Assembly (NCBI GenBank): GCA_964016885.1
Contig: OZ024741.1
Coordinates: 32,860,001-32,924,000 of the forward strand
Reading direction: 5' to 3'
DNA length: 64,000 bases
Source: Eledone cirrhosa
Lineage: Eukaryota
Under the pieces are notes generated by a model. It had not been told where the DNA came from and made no database searches. It was given only the letters and a program-made list of their open reading frames with translations. Made by a program: the position numbers and the translations under genes. This document shows positions 1 to 16,200 of the stretch, in pieces. Within the stretch, counting starts at the first letter, position 1. Each line of letters opens with the position of its first letter.

Positions 1-3000
1 CTTACAGTATATATGTGTCTTACAGTATATATGTCTTACAGTATCTATGTGTCTTACAGTATATATGTGTCTTACAGTATATATATATGTGTCTTACAGT
101 ATATATGTGTCTTACAGTATATATATGTGTCTTACAGTATATATGTGTCTTACAGTATATATGTGTCTTACAATATATATGTGTCTTACAGTATATATGT
201 GTCTTACAGTATATATGTGTCTTACAATATATATGTGTCTTACAGTATATATGTGTCTTACAGTATATATGTGTCTTACAGTATATATGTGTCTTACAAT
301 ATATATGTTTCTTACAGTATATATGTGTCTTACAGTATATATGTGTCTTACAGTATATATGTGTCTTACAGTATATATGTGTCTTACAGTATATATATGT
401 GTCTTACAGTATATATGTGTCTTACAGTATATATGTGTGTCTTACAGTATATATGTTTCTTACAGTATATATATATGTGTCTTACAGTATCTATGTGTCT
501 TACAGTATCTATGTGTCTTACAGTATATATATGTGTCTTACAGTATCTATGTGTCTTACAGTATCTATGTGTCTTACAGTATATATGTGTCTTACAGTAT
601 ATATGTGTCTTACAGTATATATGTGTCTTACAGTATATATATGTGTCTTACAGTAAATATGTGTCTTACAGTATATATATGTGTCTTACAGTATAGATGT
701 GTCTTACAGTATATATGTGTCTTACAATATATATATGTGTCTTACAGTATCTATGTGTCTTACAGTATATATGTGTCTTACAGTATATATATGTGTCTTA
801 CAGTATATGTGTGTCTTACAGTATATATGTGTCTTACAGTATATATATGTCTCTTACAGTATCTATGTGTCTTACAGTATGTATGTGTCTTACAGTATAT
901 ATGTGTCTTACAGTATATATGTGTCTTACGGTATATATGTGTCTTACAGTATATCTATGTGTCTTACAGTATATATGTGTCTTACAGTATATATATGTGT
1001 CTTACAGTATATATGTGTCTTACAGTATATATGTGTGTTACAGTATATATATGTGTCTTACAGTATATATGTGTCTTACAGTATATCTATGTGTCTTACA
1101 GTATATATATGTGTCTTACAGTATATATGTGTCTTACAGTATATATATGTGTCTTACAGTATATATGTGTCTTACAGGATATATGTGTCTTACAGTATAT
1201 ATGTGTCTTACAGTATACATGTGTCTTACAGTATATATCTGTCTTACAGTATATATGTGTCTTACAGTATATATGTGTCTTACAGTATATATGTGTCTTA
1301 CAATATATATGTGTCTTACAGTATATATGTGTCTTACAGTATATATGTGTCTTACAGTATATATGTGTCTTACAGTATATATGTGTCTTACAGTATATAT
1401 GTGTCTTACAGTATATATATGTGTCTTACAGTATCTATGTGTCTTACAGTATCTATGTGTCTTACAGTATATATATGTGTCTTACAGTATCTATGTGTCT
1501 TACAGTATATATGTGTCTTACAGTATATATGTGTCTTACAGTATATATATGTGTCTTACAGTATATATGTGTCTTACAGTATATATATGTGTCTTACAGT
1601 ATAGATGTGTCTTACAGTATATATGTGTCTTATAGTATATATATGTGTCTTACAGTATCTATGTGTCTTACAGTATATATGTGTCTTACAGTATATATAT
1701 GTGTCTTACAGTATATATGTGTCTTACAGTATATATGTGTCTTACAGTATATATATGTGTCTTACAGTATATATGTGTCTTACAGTATATATGTGTCTTA
1801 CAGTATCTATGTGTCTTACAGTATCTATGTGTCTTACAGTATATATAGGTGTTTACAGTATCTATGTGTCTTACAGTATATATGTGTCTTACAGTATATA
1901 TGTGTCTTACAGTATATATATGTGTCTTACAGTATATATGTGTCTTACAGTATATATATGTGTCTTACAGTATAGATGTGTCTTACAGTATATATGTGTC
2001 TTACAGTATATATATGTGTCTTACAGTATCTATGTGTCTTACAGTATATATGTGTCTTACAGTATATATATGTGTCTTACAGTATATATGTGTCTTACAG
2101 TATATATGTGTCTTACAGTATATATATGTGTCTTACAGTATCTATGTGTCTTACAGTATGTATGTGTCTTACAGTATATATGTGTCTTACAGTATATATG
2201 TGTCTTACGGTATATATGTGTCTTACAGTATATCTATGTGTCTTACACTATATATGTGTCTTACAGTATATATATGTGTCTTACAGTATATATGTGTCTT
2301 ACAGTATATATGTGTCTTACAGTATATATATGTGTCTTACAGTATATATGTGTGTCTTACAGTATATATGTGTCTTACAGTATATCTATGTGTCTTACAG
2401 TATATATGTGTCTTACAGTATATATATGTGTCTTACAATATATATGTGTCTTACAGTATATATGTGTCTTACAGTATATCTATGTGTCTTACAGTATATA
2501 TGTGTCTTACAGTATATATATGTGTCTTACAGTATATATGTGTCTTACAGTATATATGTGTCTTACAGTATATATGTGTCTTACAGTATATATGTGTCTT
2601 ACAGTATATATCTGTCTTACAGTATATATGTGTCTTACAGTATATATGTGTCTTACAGTATATATGTGTCTTACAATATATATGTGTCTTACAGTATATA
2701 TGTGTCTTACAGTATATATGTGTCTTACAGTATATATGTGTCTTACAGTATATATGTGTCTTACAGTATATATATGTGTCTTACAGTATCTATGTGTCTT
2801 ACAGTATCTACGTGTCTTACAGTATGTATATGTGTCTTACAGTATCTATGTGTCTTACAGTATATATGTGTCTTACCGTATATATGTGTCTTACAGTATA
2901 TATATGTGTCTTACAGTATATATGTGTCTTACAGTATATATATGTGTCTTACAGTATAGATGTGCCTTACAGTATATATGTGTCTTACAGTATATATATG

Positions 3001-6000
3001 TGTCTTACAGTATCTATGTGTCTTACAGTATATATGTGTCTTACAGTATATATATGTGTCTTACAGTATATATGTGTCTTACAGTATATATGTGTCTTAC
3101 AGTATATATATGTGTCTTACAGTATCTATGTGTCTTACAGTATGTATGTGTCTTACAGTATATATGTGTCTTGCAGTATATATGTGTCTTACGGTATATA
3201 TGTGTCTTACAGTATATCTATGTGTCTTACAGTATATATGTGTCTTACAGTATATATGTGTCTTACAGTATATATATGTGTCTTACAGTATATATGTGTC
3301 TTACAGTATATATGTCTTACAGTATCTATGTGTCTTACAGTATATATGTGTCTTACAGTATATATGTGTCTTACAGTATATATATGTGTCTTACAGTATA
3401 TATGTGTCTTACAGTATATATATGTGTCTTACAGTATATATGTGTCTTACAGTATATATGTGTCTTACAATATATATGTGTCTTACAGTATATATGTGTC
3501 TTACAGTATATATGTGTCTTACAGTATATATATATGTGTCTTACAGTATATATGTGTCTTACAGTATATATATGTGTCTTACAGTATATATGTGTCTTAC
3601 AGTATATATGTGTCTTACAATATATATGTGTCTTACAGTATATATGTGTCTTACAGTATATATGTGTCTTACAATATATATGTGTCTTACAGTATATATG
3701 TGTCTTACAGTATATATGTGTCTTACAGTATATATGTGTCTTACAATATATATGTTTCTTACAGTATATATGTGTCTTACAGTATATATGTGTCTTACAG
3801 TATATATGTGTCTTACAGTATATATGTGTCTTACAGTATATATATGTGTCTTACAGTATATATGTGTCTTACAGTATATATGTGTGTCTTACAGTATATA
3901 TGTTTCTTACAGTATATATATGTGTCTTACAGTATCTATGTGTCTTACAGTATCTATGTGTCTTACAGTATATATATGTGTCTTACAGTATCTATGTGTC
4001 TTACAGTATATATGTGTCTTACAGTATATATGTGTCTTACAGTATATATGTGTCTTACAGTATATATGTGTCTTACAGTATATATATGTGTCTTACAGTA
4101 TATATGTGTCATACAGTATATATATGTGTCTTACAGTATAGATGTGTCTTACAGTATATATGTGTCTTACAATATATATATGTGTCTTACAGTATCTATG
4201 TGTCTTACAGTATATATGTGTCTTACAGTATATATATGTGTCTTACAGTATATATGTGTCTTACAGTATATATGTGTCTTACAGTATATATATGTCTCTT
4301 ACAGTATCTATGTGTCTTACAGTATGTATGTGTCTTACAGTATATATGTGTCTTACAGTATATATGTGTCTTACGGTATATATGTGTCTTACAGTATATC
4401 TATGTGTCTTACAGTATATATGTGTCTTACAGTATATATATGTGTCTTACAGTATATATGTGTCTTACAGTATATATGTGTGTTACAGTATATATATGTG
4501 TCTTACAGTATATATGTGTCTTACAGTATATCTATGTGTCTTACAGTATATATGTGTCTTACAGTATATATATGTGTCTTACAGTATATATGTGTCTTAC
4601 AGTATATATATGTGTCTTACAGTATATATGTGTCTTACAGTATATATGTGTCTTACAGTATATATGTGTCTTACAGTATACATGTGTCTTACAGTATATA
4701 TCTGTCTTACAGTATATATGTGTCTTACAGTATATATGTGTCTTACAGTATATATGTGTCTTACAATATATATGTGTCTTACAGTATATATGTGTCTTAC
4801 AGTATATATGTGTCTTACAGTATATATGTGTCTTACAGTATATATGTGTCTTACAGTATATATGTGTCTTACAGTATATATATGTGTCTTACAGTATCTA
4901 TGTGTCTTACAGTATCTATGTGTCTTACAGTATATATATGTGTCTTACAGTATCTATGTGTCTTACAGTATATATGTGTCTTACAGTATATATGTGTCTT
5001 ACAGTATATATATGTGTCTTACAGTATATATGTGTCTTACAGTATATATATGTGTCTTACAGTATAGATGTGTCTTACAGTATATATGTGTCTTATAGTA
5101 TATATATGTGTCTTACAGTATCTATGTGTCTTACAGTATATATGTGTCTTACAGTATATATATGTGTCTTACAGTATATATGTGTCTTACAGTATATATG
5201 TGTCTTACAGTATATATATGTGTCTTACAGTATATATGTGTCTTACAGTATATATGTGTCTTACAGTATCTATGTGTCTTACAGTATCTATGTGTCTTAC
5301 AGTATATATATGTGTTTACAGTATCTATGTGTCTTACAGTATATATGTGTCTTACAGTATATATGTGTCTTACAGTATATATATGTGTCTTACAGTATAT
5401 ATGTGTCTTACAGTATATATATGTGTCTTACAGTATAGATGTGTCTTACAGTATATATGTGTCTTACAGTATATATATGTGTCTTACAGTATCTATGTGT
5501 CTTACAGTATATATGTGTCTTACAGTATATATATGTGTCTTACAGTATATATGTGTCTTACAGTATATATGTGTCTTACAGTATATATATGTGTCTTACA
5601 GTATCTATGTGTCTTACAGTATGCATGTGTCTTACAGTATATATGTGTCTTACAGTATATATGTGTCTTACGGTATATATGTGTCTTACAGTATATCTAT
5701 GTGTCTTACACTATATATGTGTCTTACAGTATATATATGTGTCTTACAGTATATATGTGTCTTACAGTATATATGTATCTTACAGTATATATATGTGTCT
5801 TACAGTATATATGTGTCTTACAGTATATATGTGTCTTACAGTATATCTGTGTCTTACAGTATATATGTGTCTTACAGTATATATATGTGTCTTACAATAT
5901 ATATGTGTCTTACAGTATATATGTGTCTTACAGTATATCTATGTGTCTTACAGTATATATGTGTCTTACAGTATATATATGTGTCTTACAGTATATATGT

Positions 6001-9000
6001 GTCTTACAGTATATATGTGTCTTACAGTATATATGTGTCTTACAGTATATATGTGTCTTACAGTATATATCTGTCTTACAGTATATATGTGTCTTACAGT
6101 ATATATGTGTCTTACAGTATATATGTGTCTTACAATATATATGTGTCTTACAGTATATATGTGTCTTACAGTATATATGTGGGTTACAGTATATATGTGT
6201 CTTACAGTATATATGTGTCTTACAGTATATATATGTGTCTTACAGTATCTATGTGTCTTACAGTATCTACGTGTCTTACAGTATATATATGTGTCTTACA
6301 GTATCTATGTGTCTTACAGTATATATGTGTCTTACCGTATATATGTGTCTTACAGTATATATATGTGTCTTACAGTATATATGTGTCTTACAGTATATAT
6401 ATGTGTCTTACAGTATAGATGTGCCTTACAGTATATATGTGTCTTACAGTATATATATGTGTCTTACAGTATCTATGTGTCTTACAGTATATATGTGTCT
6501 TACAGTATATATATGTGTCTTACAGTATATATGTGTCTTACAGTATATATGTGTATTACAGTATATATATGTGTCTTACAGTATCTATGTGTCTTACAGT
6601 ATGTATGTGTCTTACAGTATATATGTGTCTTGCAGTATATATGTGTCTTACGGTATATATGTGTCTTACAGTATATCTATGTGTCTTACAGTATATATGT
6701 GTCTTACAGTATATATGTGTCTTACAGTATATATATGTGTCTTACAGTATATATGTGTCTTACAGTATATATGTCTTACAGTATCTATGTGTCTTACAGT
6801 ATATATGTGTCTTACAGTATATATGTGTCTTACAGTATATATATGTGTCTTACAGTATATATGTGTCTTACAGTATATATATGTGTCTTACAGTATATAT
6901 GTGTCTTACAGTATATATGTGTCTTACAATATATATGTGTCTTACAGTATATATGTGTCTTACAGTTTATATGTGTCTTACAGTATATATATATGTGTCT
7001 TACAGTATATATGTGTCTTACAGTATATATATGTGTCTTACAGTATATATGTGTCTTACAGTATATATGTGTCTTACAATATATATGTGTCTTACAGTAT
7101 ATATGTGTCTTACAGTATATATGTGTCTTACAATATATATGTGTCTTACAGTATATATGTGTCTTACAGTATATATGTGTCTTACAGTATATATGTGTCT
7201 TACAATATATATGTTTCTTACAGTATATATGTGTCTTACAGTATATATGTGTCTTACAGTATATATGTGTCTTACAGTATATATGTGTCTTACAGTATAT
7301 ATATGTGTCTTACAGTATATATGTGTCTTACAGTATATAAGTGTGTCTTACAGTATATATGTTTCTTACAGTATATATATGTGTATTACAGTATCTATGT
7401 GTCTTACAGTATCTATGTGTCTTACAGTATATATATGTGTCTTACAGTATCTATGTGTCTTACAGTATATATGTGTCTTACAGTATATATGTGTCTTACA
7501 GTATATATGTGTCTTACAGTATATATGTGTCTTACAGTATATATATGTGTCTTACAGTATATATGTGTCATACAGTATATATATGTGTCTTACAGTATAG
7601 ATGTGTCTTACAGTATATATGTGTCTTACAATATATATATGTGTCTTACAGTATCTATGTGTCTTACAGTATATATGTGTCTTACAGTATATATATGTGT
7701 CTTACAGTATATATGTGTCTTACAGTATATATGTGTCTTACAGTATATATATGTCTCTTACAGTATCTATGTGTCTTACAGTATGTATGTGTCTTACAGT
7801 ATATATGTGTCTTACAGTATATATGTGTCTTACGGTATATATGTGTCTTACAGTATATCTATGTGTCTTACAGTATATATGTGTCTTACAGTATATATAT
7901 GTGTCTTACAGTATATATGTGTCTTACAGTATATATGTGTGTTACAGTATATATATGTGTCTTACAGTATATATGTGTCTTACAGTATATCTATGTGTCT
8001 TACAGTATATATGTGTCTTACAGTATATATATGTGTCTTACAGTATATATGTGTCTTACAGTATATATATGTGTCTTACAGTATATATGTGTCTTACAGT
8101 ATATATGTGTCTTACAGTATATATGTGTCTTACAGTATACATGTGTCTTACAGTATATATCTGTCTTACAGTATATATGTGTCTTACAGTATATATGTGT
8201 CTTACAGTATATATGTGTCTTACAATATATATGTGTCTTACAGTATATATGTGTCTTACAGTATATATATGTGTCTTACAGTATATATGTGTCTTACAGT
8301 ATATATGTGTCTTACAGTATATATGTGTCTTACAGTATACATGTGTCTTACAGTATATATGTGTCTTACAGTATATATGTGTCTTACAATATATATGTGT
8401 CTTACAGTATATATGTGTCTTACAGTATATATGTGTCTTACAGTATATATGTGTCTTACAATATATATGTTTCTTACAGTATATATGTGTCTTACAGTAT
8501 ATATGTGTCTTACAGTATATATGTGTCTTACAGTATATATGTGTCTTACAGTATATATATGTGTCTTACAGTATATATGTGTCTTACAGTATATATGTGT
8601 GTCTTACAGTATATATGTTTCTTACAGTATATATATGTGTCTTACAGTATCTATGTGTCTTACAGTATCTATGTGTCTTACAGTATATATATGTGTCTTA
8701 CAGTATCTATGTGTCTTACAGTATATATGTGTCTTACAGTATATATGTGTCTTACAGTATATATGTGTCTTACAGTATATATGTGTCTTACAGTATATAT
8801 ATGTGTCTTACAGTATATATGTGTCATACAGTATATATATGTGTCTTACAGTATAGATGTGTCTTACAGTATATATGTGTCTTACAATATATATATGTGT
8901 CTTACAGTATCTATGTGTCTTACAGTATATATGTGTCTTACAGTATATATATGTGTCTTACAGTATATATGTGTCTTACAGTATATATGTGTCTTACAGT

Positions 9001-12000
9001 ATATATATGTCTCTTACAGTATCTATGTGTCTTACAGTATGTATGTGTCTTACAGTATATATGTGTCTTACAGTATATATGTGTCTTACGGTATATATGT
9101 GTATTACAGTATATCTATGTGTCTTACAGTATATATGTGTCTTACAGTATATATATGTGTCTTACAGTATATATGTGTCTTACAGTATATATGTGTGTTA
9201 CAGTATATATATGTGTCTTACAGTATATATGTGTCTTACAGTATATCTATGTGTCTTACAGTATATATGTGTCTTACAGTATATATATGTGTCTTACAGT
9301 ATATATGTGTCTTACAGTATATATATGTGTCTTACAGTATATATGTGTCTTACAGTATATATGTGTCTTACAGTATATATGTGTCTTACAGTATACATGT
9401 GTCTTACAGTATATATCTGTCTTACAGTATATATGTGTCTTACAGTATATATGTGTCTTACAGTATATATGTGTCTTACAATATATATGTGTCTTACAGT
9501 ATATATGTGTCTTACAGTATATATGTGTCTTACAGTATATATGTGTCTTACAGTATATATGTGTCTTACAGTATATATGTGTCTTACAGTATATATATGT
9601 GTCTTACAGTATCTATGTGTCTTACAGTATCTATGTGTCTTACAGTATATATATGTGTCTTACAGTATCTATGTGTCTTACAGTATATATGTGTCTTACA
9701 GTATATATGTGTCTTACAGTATATATATGTGTCTTACAGTATATATGTGTCTTACAGTATATATATGTGTCTTACAGTATAGATGTGTCTTACAGTATAT
9801 ATGTGTCTTATAGTATATATATGTGTCTTACAGTATCTATGTGTCTTACAGTATATATGTGTCTTACAGTATATATATGTGTCTTACAGTATATATGTGT
9901 CTTACAGTATATATGTGTCTTACAGTATATATATGTGTCTTACAGTATATATGTGTCTTACAGTATATATGTGTCTTACAGTATCTATGTGTCTTACAGT
10001 ATCTATGTGTCTTACAGTATATATATGTGTTTACAGTATCTATGTGTCTTACAGTATATATGTGTCTTACAGTATATATGTGTCTTACAGTATATATATG
10101 TGTCTTACAGTATATATGTGTCTTACAGTATATATATGTGTCTTACAGTATAGATGTGTCTTACAGTATATATGTGTCTTACAGTATATATATGTGTCTT
10201 ACAGTATCTATGTGTCTTACAGTATATATGTGTCTTACAGTATATATATGTGTCTTACAGTATATATGTGTCTTACAGTATATATGTGTCTTACAGTATA
10301 TATATGTGTCTTACAGTATCTATGTGTCTTACAGTATGCATGTGTCTTACAGTATATATGTGTCTTACAGTATATATGTGTCTTACGGTATATATGTGTC
10401 TTACAGTATATCTATGTGTCTTACACTATATATGTGTCTTACAGTATATATATGTGTCTTACAGTATATATGTGTCTTACAGTATATATGTGTCTTACAG
10501 TATATATATGTGTCTTACAGTATATATGTGTCTTACAGTATATATGTGTCTTACAGTATATCTGTGTCTTACAGTATATATGTGTCTTACAGTATATATA
10601 TGTGTCTTACAATATATATGTGTCTTACAGTATATATGTGTCTTACAGTATATCTATGTGTCTTACAGTATATATGTGTCTTACAGTATATATATGTGTC
10701 TTACAGTATATATGTGTCTTACAGTATATATGTGTCTTACAGTATATATGTGTCTTACAGTATATATGTGTCTTACAGTATATATCTGTCTTACAGTATA
10801 TATGTGTCTTACAGTATATATGTGTCTTACAGTATATATGTGTCTTACAATATATATGTGTCTTACAGTATATATGTGTCTTACAGTATATATGTGGGTT
10901 ACAGTATATATGTGTCTTACAGTATATATGTGTCTTACAGTATATATATGTGTCTTACAGTATCTATGTGTCTTACAGTATCTACGTGTCTTACAGTATA
11001 TATATGTGTCTTACAGTATCTATGTGTCTTACAGTATATATGTGTCTTACCGTATATATGTGTCTTACAGTATATATATGTGTCTTACAGTATATATGTG
11101 TCTTACAGTATATATATGTGTCTTACAGTATAGATGTGCCTTACAGTATATATGTGTCTTACAGTATATATATGTGTCTTACAGTATCTATGTGTCTTAC
11201 AGTATATATGTGTCTTACAGTATATATATGTGTCTTACAGTATATATGTGTCTTACAGTATATATGTGTATTACAGTATATATATGTGTCTTACAGTATC
11301 TATGTGTCTTACAGTATGTATGTGTCTTACAGTATATATGTGTCTTGCAGTATATATGTGTCTTACGGTATATATGTGTCTTACAGTATATCTATGTGTC
11401 TTACAGTATATATGTGTCTTACAGTATATATGTGTCTTACAGTATATATATGTGTCTTACAGTATATATGTGTCTTACAGTATATATGTCTTACAGTATC
11501 TATGTGTCTTACAGTATATATGTGTCTTACAGTATATATGTGTCTTACAGTATATATATGTGTCTTACAGTATATATGTGTCTTACAGTATATATATGTG
11601 TCTTACAGTATATATGTGTCTTACAGTATATATGTGTCTTACAATATATATGTGTCTTACAGTATATATGTGTCTTACAGTTTATATGTGTCTTACAGTA
11701 TATATATATGTGTCTTACAGTATATATGTGTCTTACAGTATATATATGTGTCTTACAGTATATATGTGTCTTACAGTATATATGTGTCTTACAATATATA
11801 TGTGTCTTACAGTATATATGTGTCTTACAGTATATATGTGTCTTACAATATATATGTGTCTTACAGTATATATGTGTCTTACAGTATATATGTGTCTTAC
11901 AGTATATATGTGTCTTACAATATATATGTTTCTTACAGTATATATGTGTCTTACAGTATATATGTGTCTTACAGTATATATGTGTCTTACAGTATATATG

Positions 12001-13240
12001 TGTCTTACAGTATATATATGTGTCTTACAGTATATATGTGTCTTACAGTATATAAGTGTGTCTTACAGTATATATGTTTCTTACAGTATATATATGTGTA
12101 TTACAGTATCTATGTGTCTTACAGTATCTATGTGTCTTACAGTATATATATGTGTCTTACAGTATCTATGTGTCTTACAGTATATATGTGTCTTACAGTA
12201 TATATGTGTCTTACAGTATATATGTGTCTTACAGTATATATGTGTCTTACAGTATATATATGTGTCTTACAGTATATATGTGTCATACAGTATATATATG
12301 TGTCTTACAGTATAGATGTGTCTTACAGTATATATGTGTCTTACAATATATATATGTGTCTTACAGTATCTATGTGTCTTACAGTATATATGTGTCTTAC
12401 AGTATATATATGTGTCTTACAGTATATATGTGTCTTACAGTATATATGTGTCTTACAGTATATATATGTCTCTTACAGTATCTATGTGTCTTACAGTATG
12501 TATGTGTCTTACAGTATATATGTGTCTTACAGTATATATGTGTCTTACGGTATATATGTGTCTTACAGTATATCTATGTGTCTTACAGTATATATGTGTC
12601 TTACAGTATATATATGTGTCTTACAGTATATATGTGTCTTACAGTATATATGTGTGTTACAGTATATATATGTGTCTTACAGTATATATGTGTCTTACAG
12701 TATATCTATGTGTCTTACAGTATATATGTGTCTTACAGTATATATATGTGTCTTACAGTATATATGTGTCTTACAGTATATATATGTGTCTTACAGTATA
12801 TATGTGTCTTACAGTATATATGTGTCTTACAGTATATATGTGTCTTACAGTATACATGTGTCTTACAGTATATATCTGTCTTACAGTATATATGTGTCTT
12901 ACAGTATATATGTGTCTTACAGTATATATGTGTCTTACAATATATATGTGTCTTACAGTATATATGTGTCTTACAGTATATATGTGTCTTACAGTATATA
13001 TGTGTCTTACAGTATATATGTGTCTTACAGTATATATGTGTCTTACAGTATATATATGTGTCTTACAGTATCTATGTGTCTTACAGTATCTATGTGTCTT
13101 ACAGTATATATATGTGTCTTACAGTATCTATGTGTCTTACAGTATATATGTGTCTTACAGTATATATGTGTCTTACAGTATATATATGTGTCTTACAGTA
13201 TATATGTGTCTTACAGTATATATATGTGTCTTACAGTATA
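1..13240. repeat. Higher-order repeat of ~3.45-3.46 kb built from three ~1-1.3-kb cassettes
   Basis: Diagnostic variants recur at a 3443-3463 bp offset. TAGAT monomers by ORF restarts: 697/4142/7601, 1605/5068, 1976/5439, 2960/6419, 8857/12316, 9783/13242. ACGG at 928/4373/7832, 2207/5670, 3191/6650. Confidence 0.9.
3640..13070. repeat. Tandem duplication with 4715-bp period, junction near 8250-8360
   Basis: Variants repeat at exactly +4715: ATGCAT 5621/10336, GGGTTAC 6181/10896, TAAGTGTGT ~7338/12053, GTCATAC ~4108/8823 and ~7567/12282. Confidence 0.9.
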
Positions 13241-16200
13241 GATGTGTCTTACAGTATATATGTGTCTTACAGTATATATATGTGTCTTACAGTATCTATG
13301 TGTCTTACAGTATATATGTGTCTTACAGTATATATATGTGTCTTACAGTATATATGTGTCTTACAGTATATATGTGTCTTACAGTATATATATGTGTCTT
13401 ACAGTATCTATGTGTCTTACAGTATGTATGTGTCTTACAGTATATATGTGTCTTACAGTATATATGTGTCTTACGGTATATATGTGTCTTACAGTATATC
13501 TATGTGTCTTATAGTATATATGTGTCTTACAGTATATATGTGTCTTACAGTATATATATGTGTCTTACAGTATATATGTGTCTTACAGTATATATGTCTT
13601 ACAGTATCTATGTGTCTTACAGTATATATGTGTCTTAGAGTATATATGTGTCTTACAGTATATATATGTGTCTTACAGTATATATGTGTCTTACAGTATA
13701 TATATATGTGTCTTACAGTATATATGTGTCTTACAGTATATATGTGTCTTATAATATATATGTGTCTTACAGTATATATGTGTCTTACAGTATATATGTG
13801 TCTTACAGTATATATATATGTGTCTTACAGTATATATGTGTCTTACAGTATATATGTGTCTTACAGTATATCTATGTGTCTTACAGTATATATGTGTCTT
13901 ACAGTATATATATTTGTCTTACAATATATATGTGTCTTTCAGTATATATGTGTCTTACAGTATATCTATGTGTCTTACAGTATATATGTGTCTTACAGTA
14001 TATATATGTGTCTTACAGTATATATGTGTCTTACAGTATATATGTGTCTTACAGTATATATCTGTCTTACAGTATATATTTGTCTTACAGTATATATGTG
14101 TCTTACAGTATATATGTGTCTTACAATATATATGTGTCTTACAGTATATATGTGTCTTACAGTATATATGTGTCTTACAGTATATATGTGTCTTACAGTA
14201 TATATGTGTCTTACAGTATATATGTGTCTTACAGTATCTATGTGTCTTACAGTATCTATGTGTCTTACAGTATATATATGTGTTTACAGTATCTATGTGT
14301 CTTACAGTATATATGTGTCTTACAGTATATATGTGTCTTACAGTATATATATGTGTCTTACAGTATATATGTGTCTTACAGTATATATATGTGTCTTACA
14401 GTATAGATGTGTCTTACAGTATATATGTGTCTTACAGTATATATATGTGTCTTACAGTATCTATGTGTCTTACAGTATATATGTGTCTTACAGTATATAT
14501 ATGTGTCTTACAGTATATATGTGTCTTACAGTATATATGTGTCTTACAGTATATATATGTGTCTTACAGTATCTATGTGTCTTACAGTATGTATGTGTCT
14601 TACAGTATATATGTGTCTTGCAGTATATATGTGTCTTACGGTATATATGTGTCTTACAGTATATCTATGTGTCTTACAGTATATATGTGTCTTACAGTAT
14701 ATATGTGTCTTACAGTATATATATGTGTCTTACAGTATATATGTGTCTTACAGTATATATGTCTTACAGTATCTATGTGTCTTACAGTATATATGTGTCT
14801 TACAGTATATATGTGTCTTACAGTATATATATGTGTCTTACAGTATATATGTGTCTTACAGTATATATATGTGTCTTACAGTATATATGTGTCTTACAGT
14901 ATATATGTGTCTTACAATATATATGTGTCTTACAGTATATATGTGTCTTACAGTATATATGTGTCTTACAGTATATATATATGTGTCTTACAGTATATAT
15001 GTGTCTTACAGTATATATATGTGTCTTACAGTATATATGTGTCTTACAGTATATATGTGTCTTACAATATATATGTGTCTTACAGTATATATGTGTCTTA
15101 CAGTATATATGTGTCTTACAATATATATGTGTCTTACAGTATATATGTGTCTTACAGTATATATGTGTCTTACAGTATATATGTGTCTTACAATATATAT
15201 GTTTCTTACAGTATATATGTGTCTTACAGTATATATGTGTCTTACAGTATATATGTGTCTTACAGTATATATGTGTCTTACAGTATATATATGTGTCTTA
15301 CAGTATATATGTGTCTTACAGTATATATGTGTGTCTTACAGTATATATGTTTCTTACAGTATATATATGTGTCTTACAGTATCTATGTGTCTTACAGTAT
15401 CTATGTGTCTTACAGTATATATATGTGTCTTACAGTATCTATGTGTCTTACAGTATATATGTGTCTTACAGTATATATGTGTCTTACAGTATATATGTGT
15501 CTTACAGTATATATGTGTCTTACAGTATATATATGTGTCTTACAGTATATATGTGTCTTACAGTATATATGTGTCTTACAGTATATATCTGTCTTACAGT
15601 ATCTATGTGTCTTACAGTATATATGTGTCTTACAGTATATATATGTGTCTTACAGTATATATGTGTCTTACAGTATATATGTGTCTTACAGTATATATAT
15701 GTCTCTTACAGTATCTATGTGTCTTACAGTATGTATGTGTCTTACAGTATATATGTGTCTTACAGTATATATGTGTCTTACGGTATATATGTGTCTTACA
15801 GTATATCTATGTGTCTTACAGTATATATGTGTCTTACAGTATATATATGTGTCTTACAGTATATATGTGTCTTACAGTATATATGTGTGTTACAGTATAT
15901 ATATGTGTCTTACAGTATATATGTGTCTTACAGTATATCTATGTGTCTTACAGTATATATGTGTCTTACAGTATATATATGTGTCTTACAGTATATATGT
16001 GTCTTACAGTATATATATGTGTCTTACAGTATATATGTGTCTTACAGTATATATGTGTCTTACAGTATATATGTGTCTTACAGTATACATGTGTCTTACA
16101 GTATATATCTGTCTTACAGTATATATGTGTCTTACAGTATATATGTGTCTTACAGTATATATGTGTCTTACAATATATATGTGTCTTACAGTATATATGT

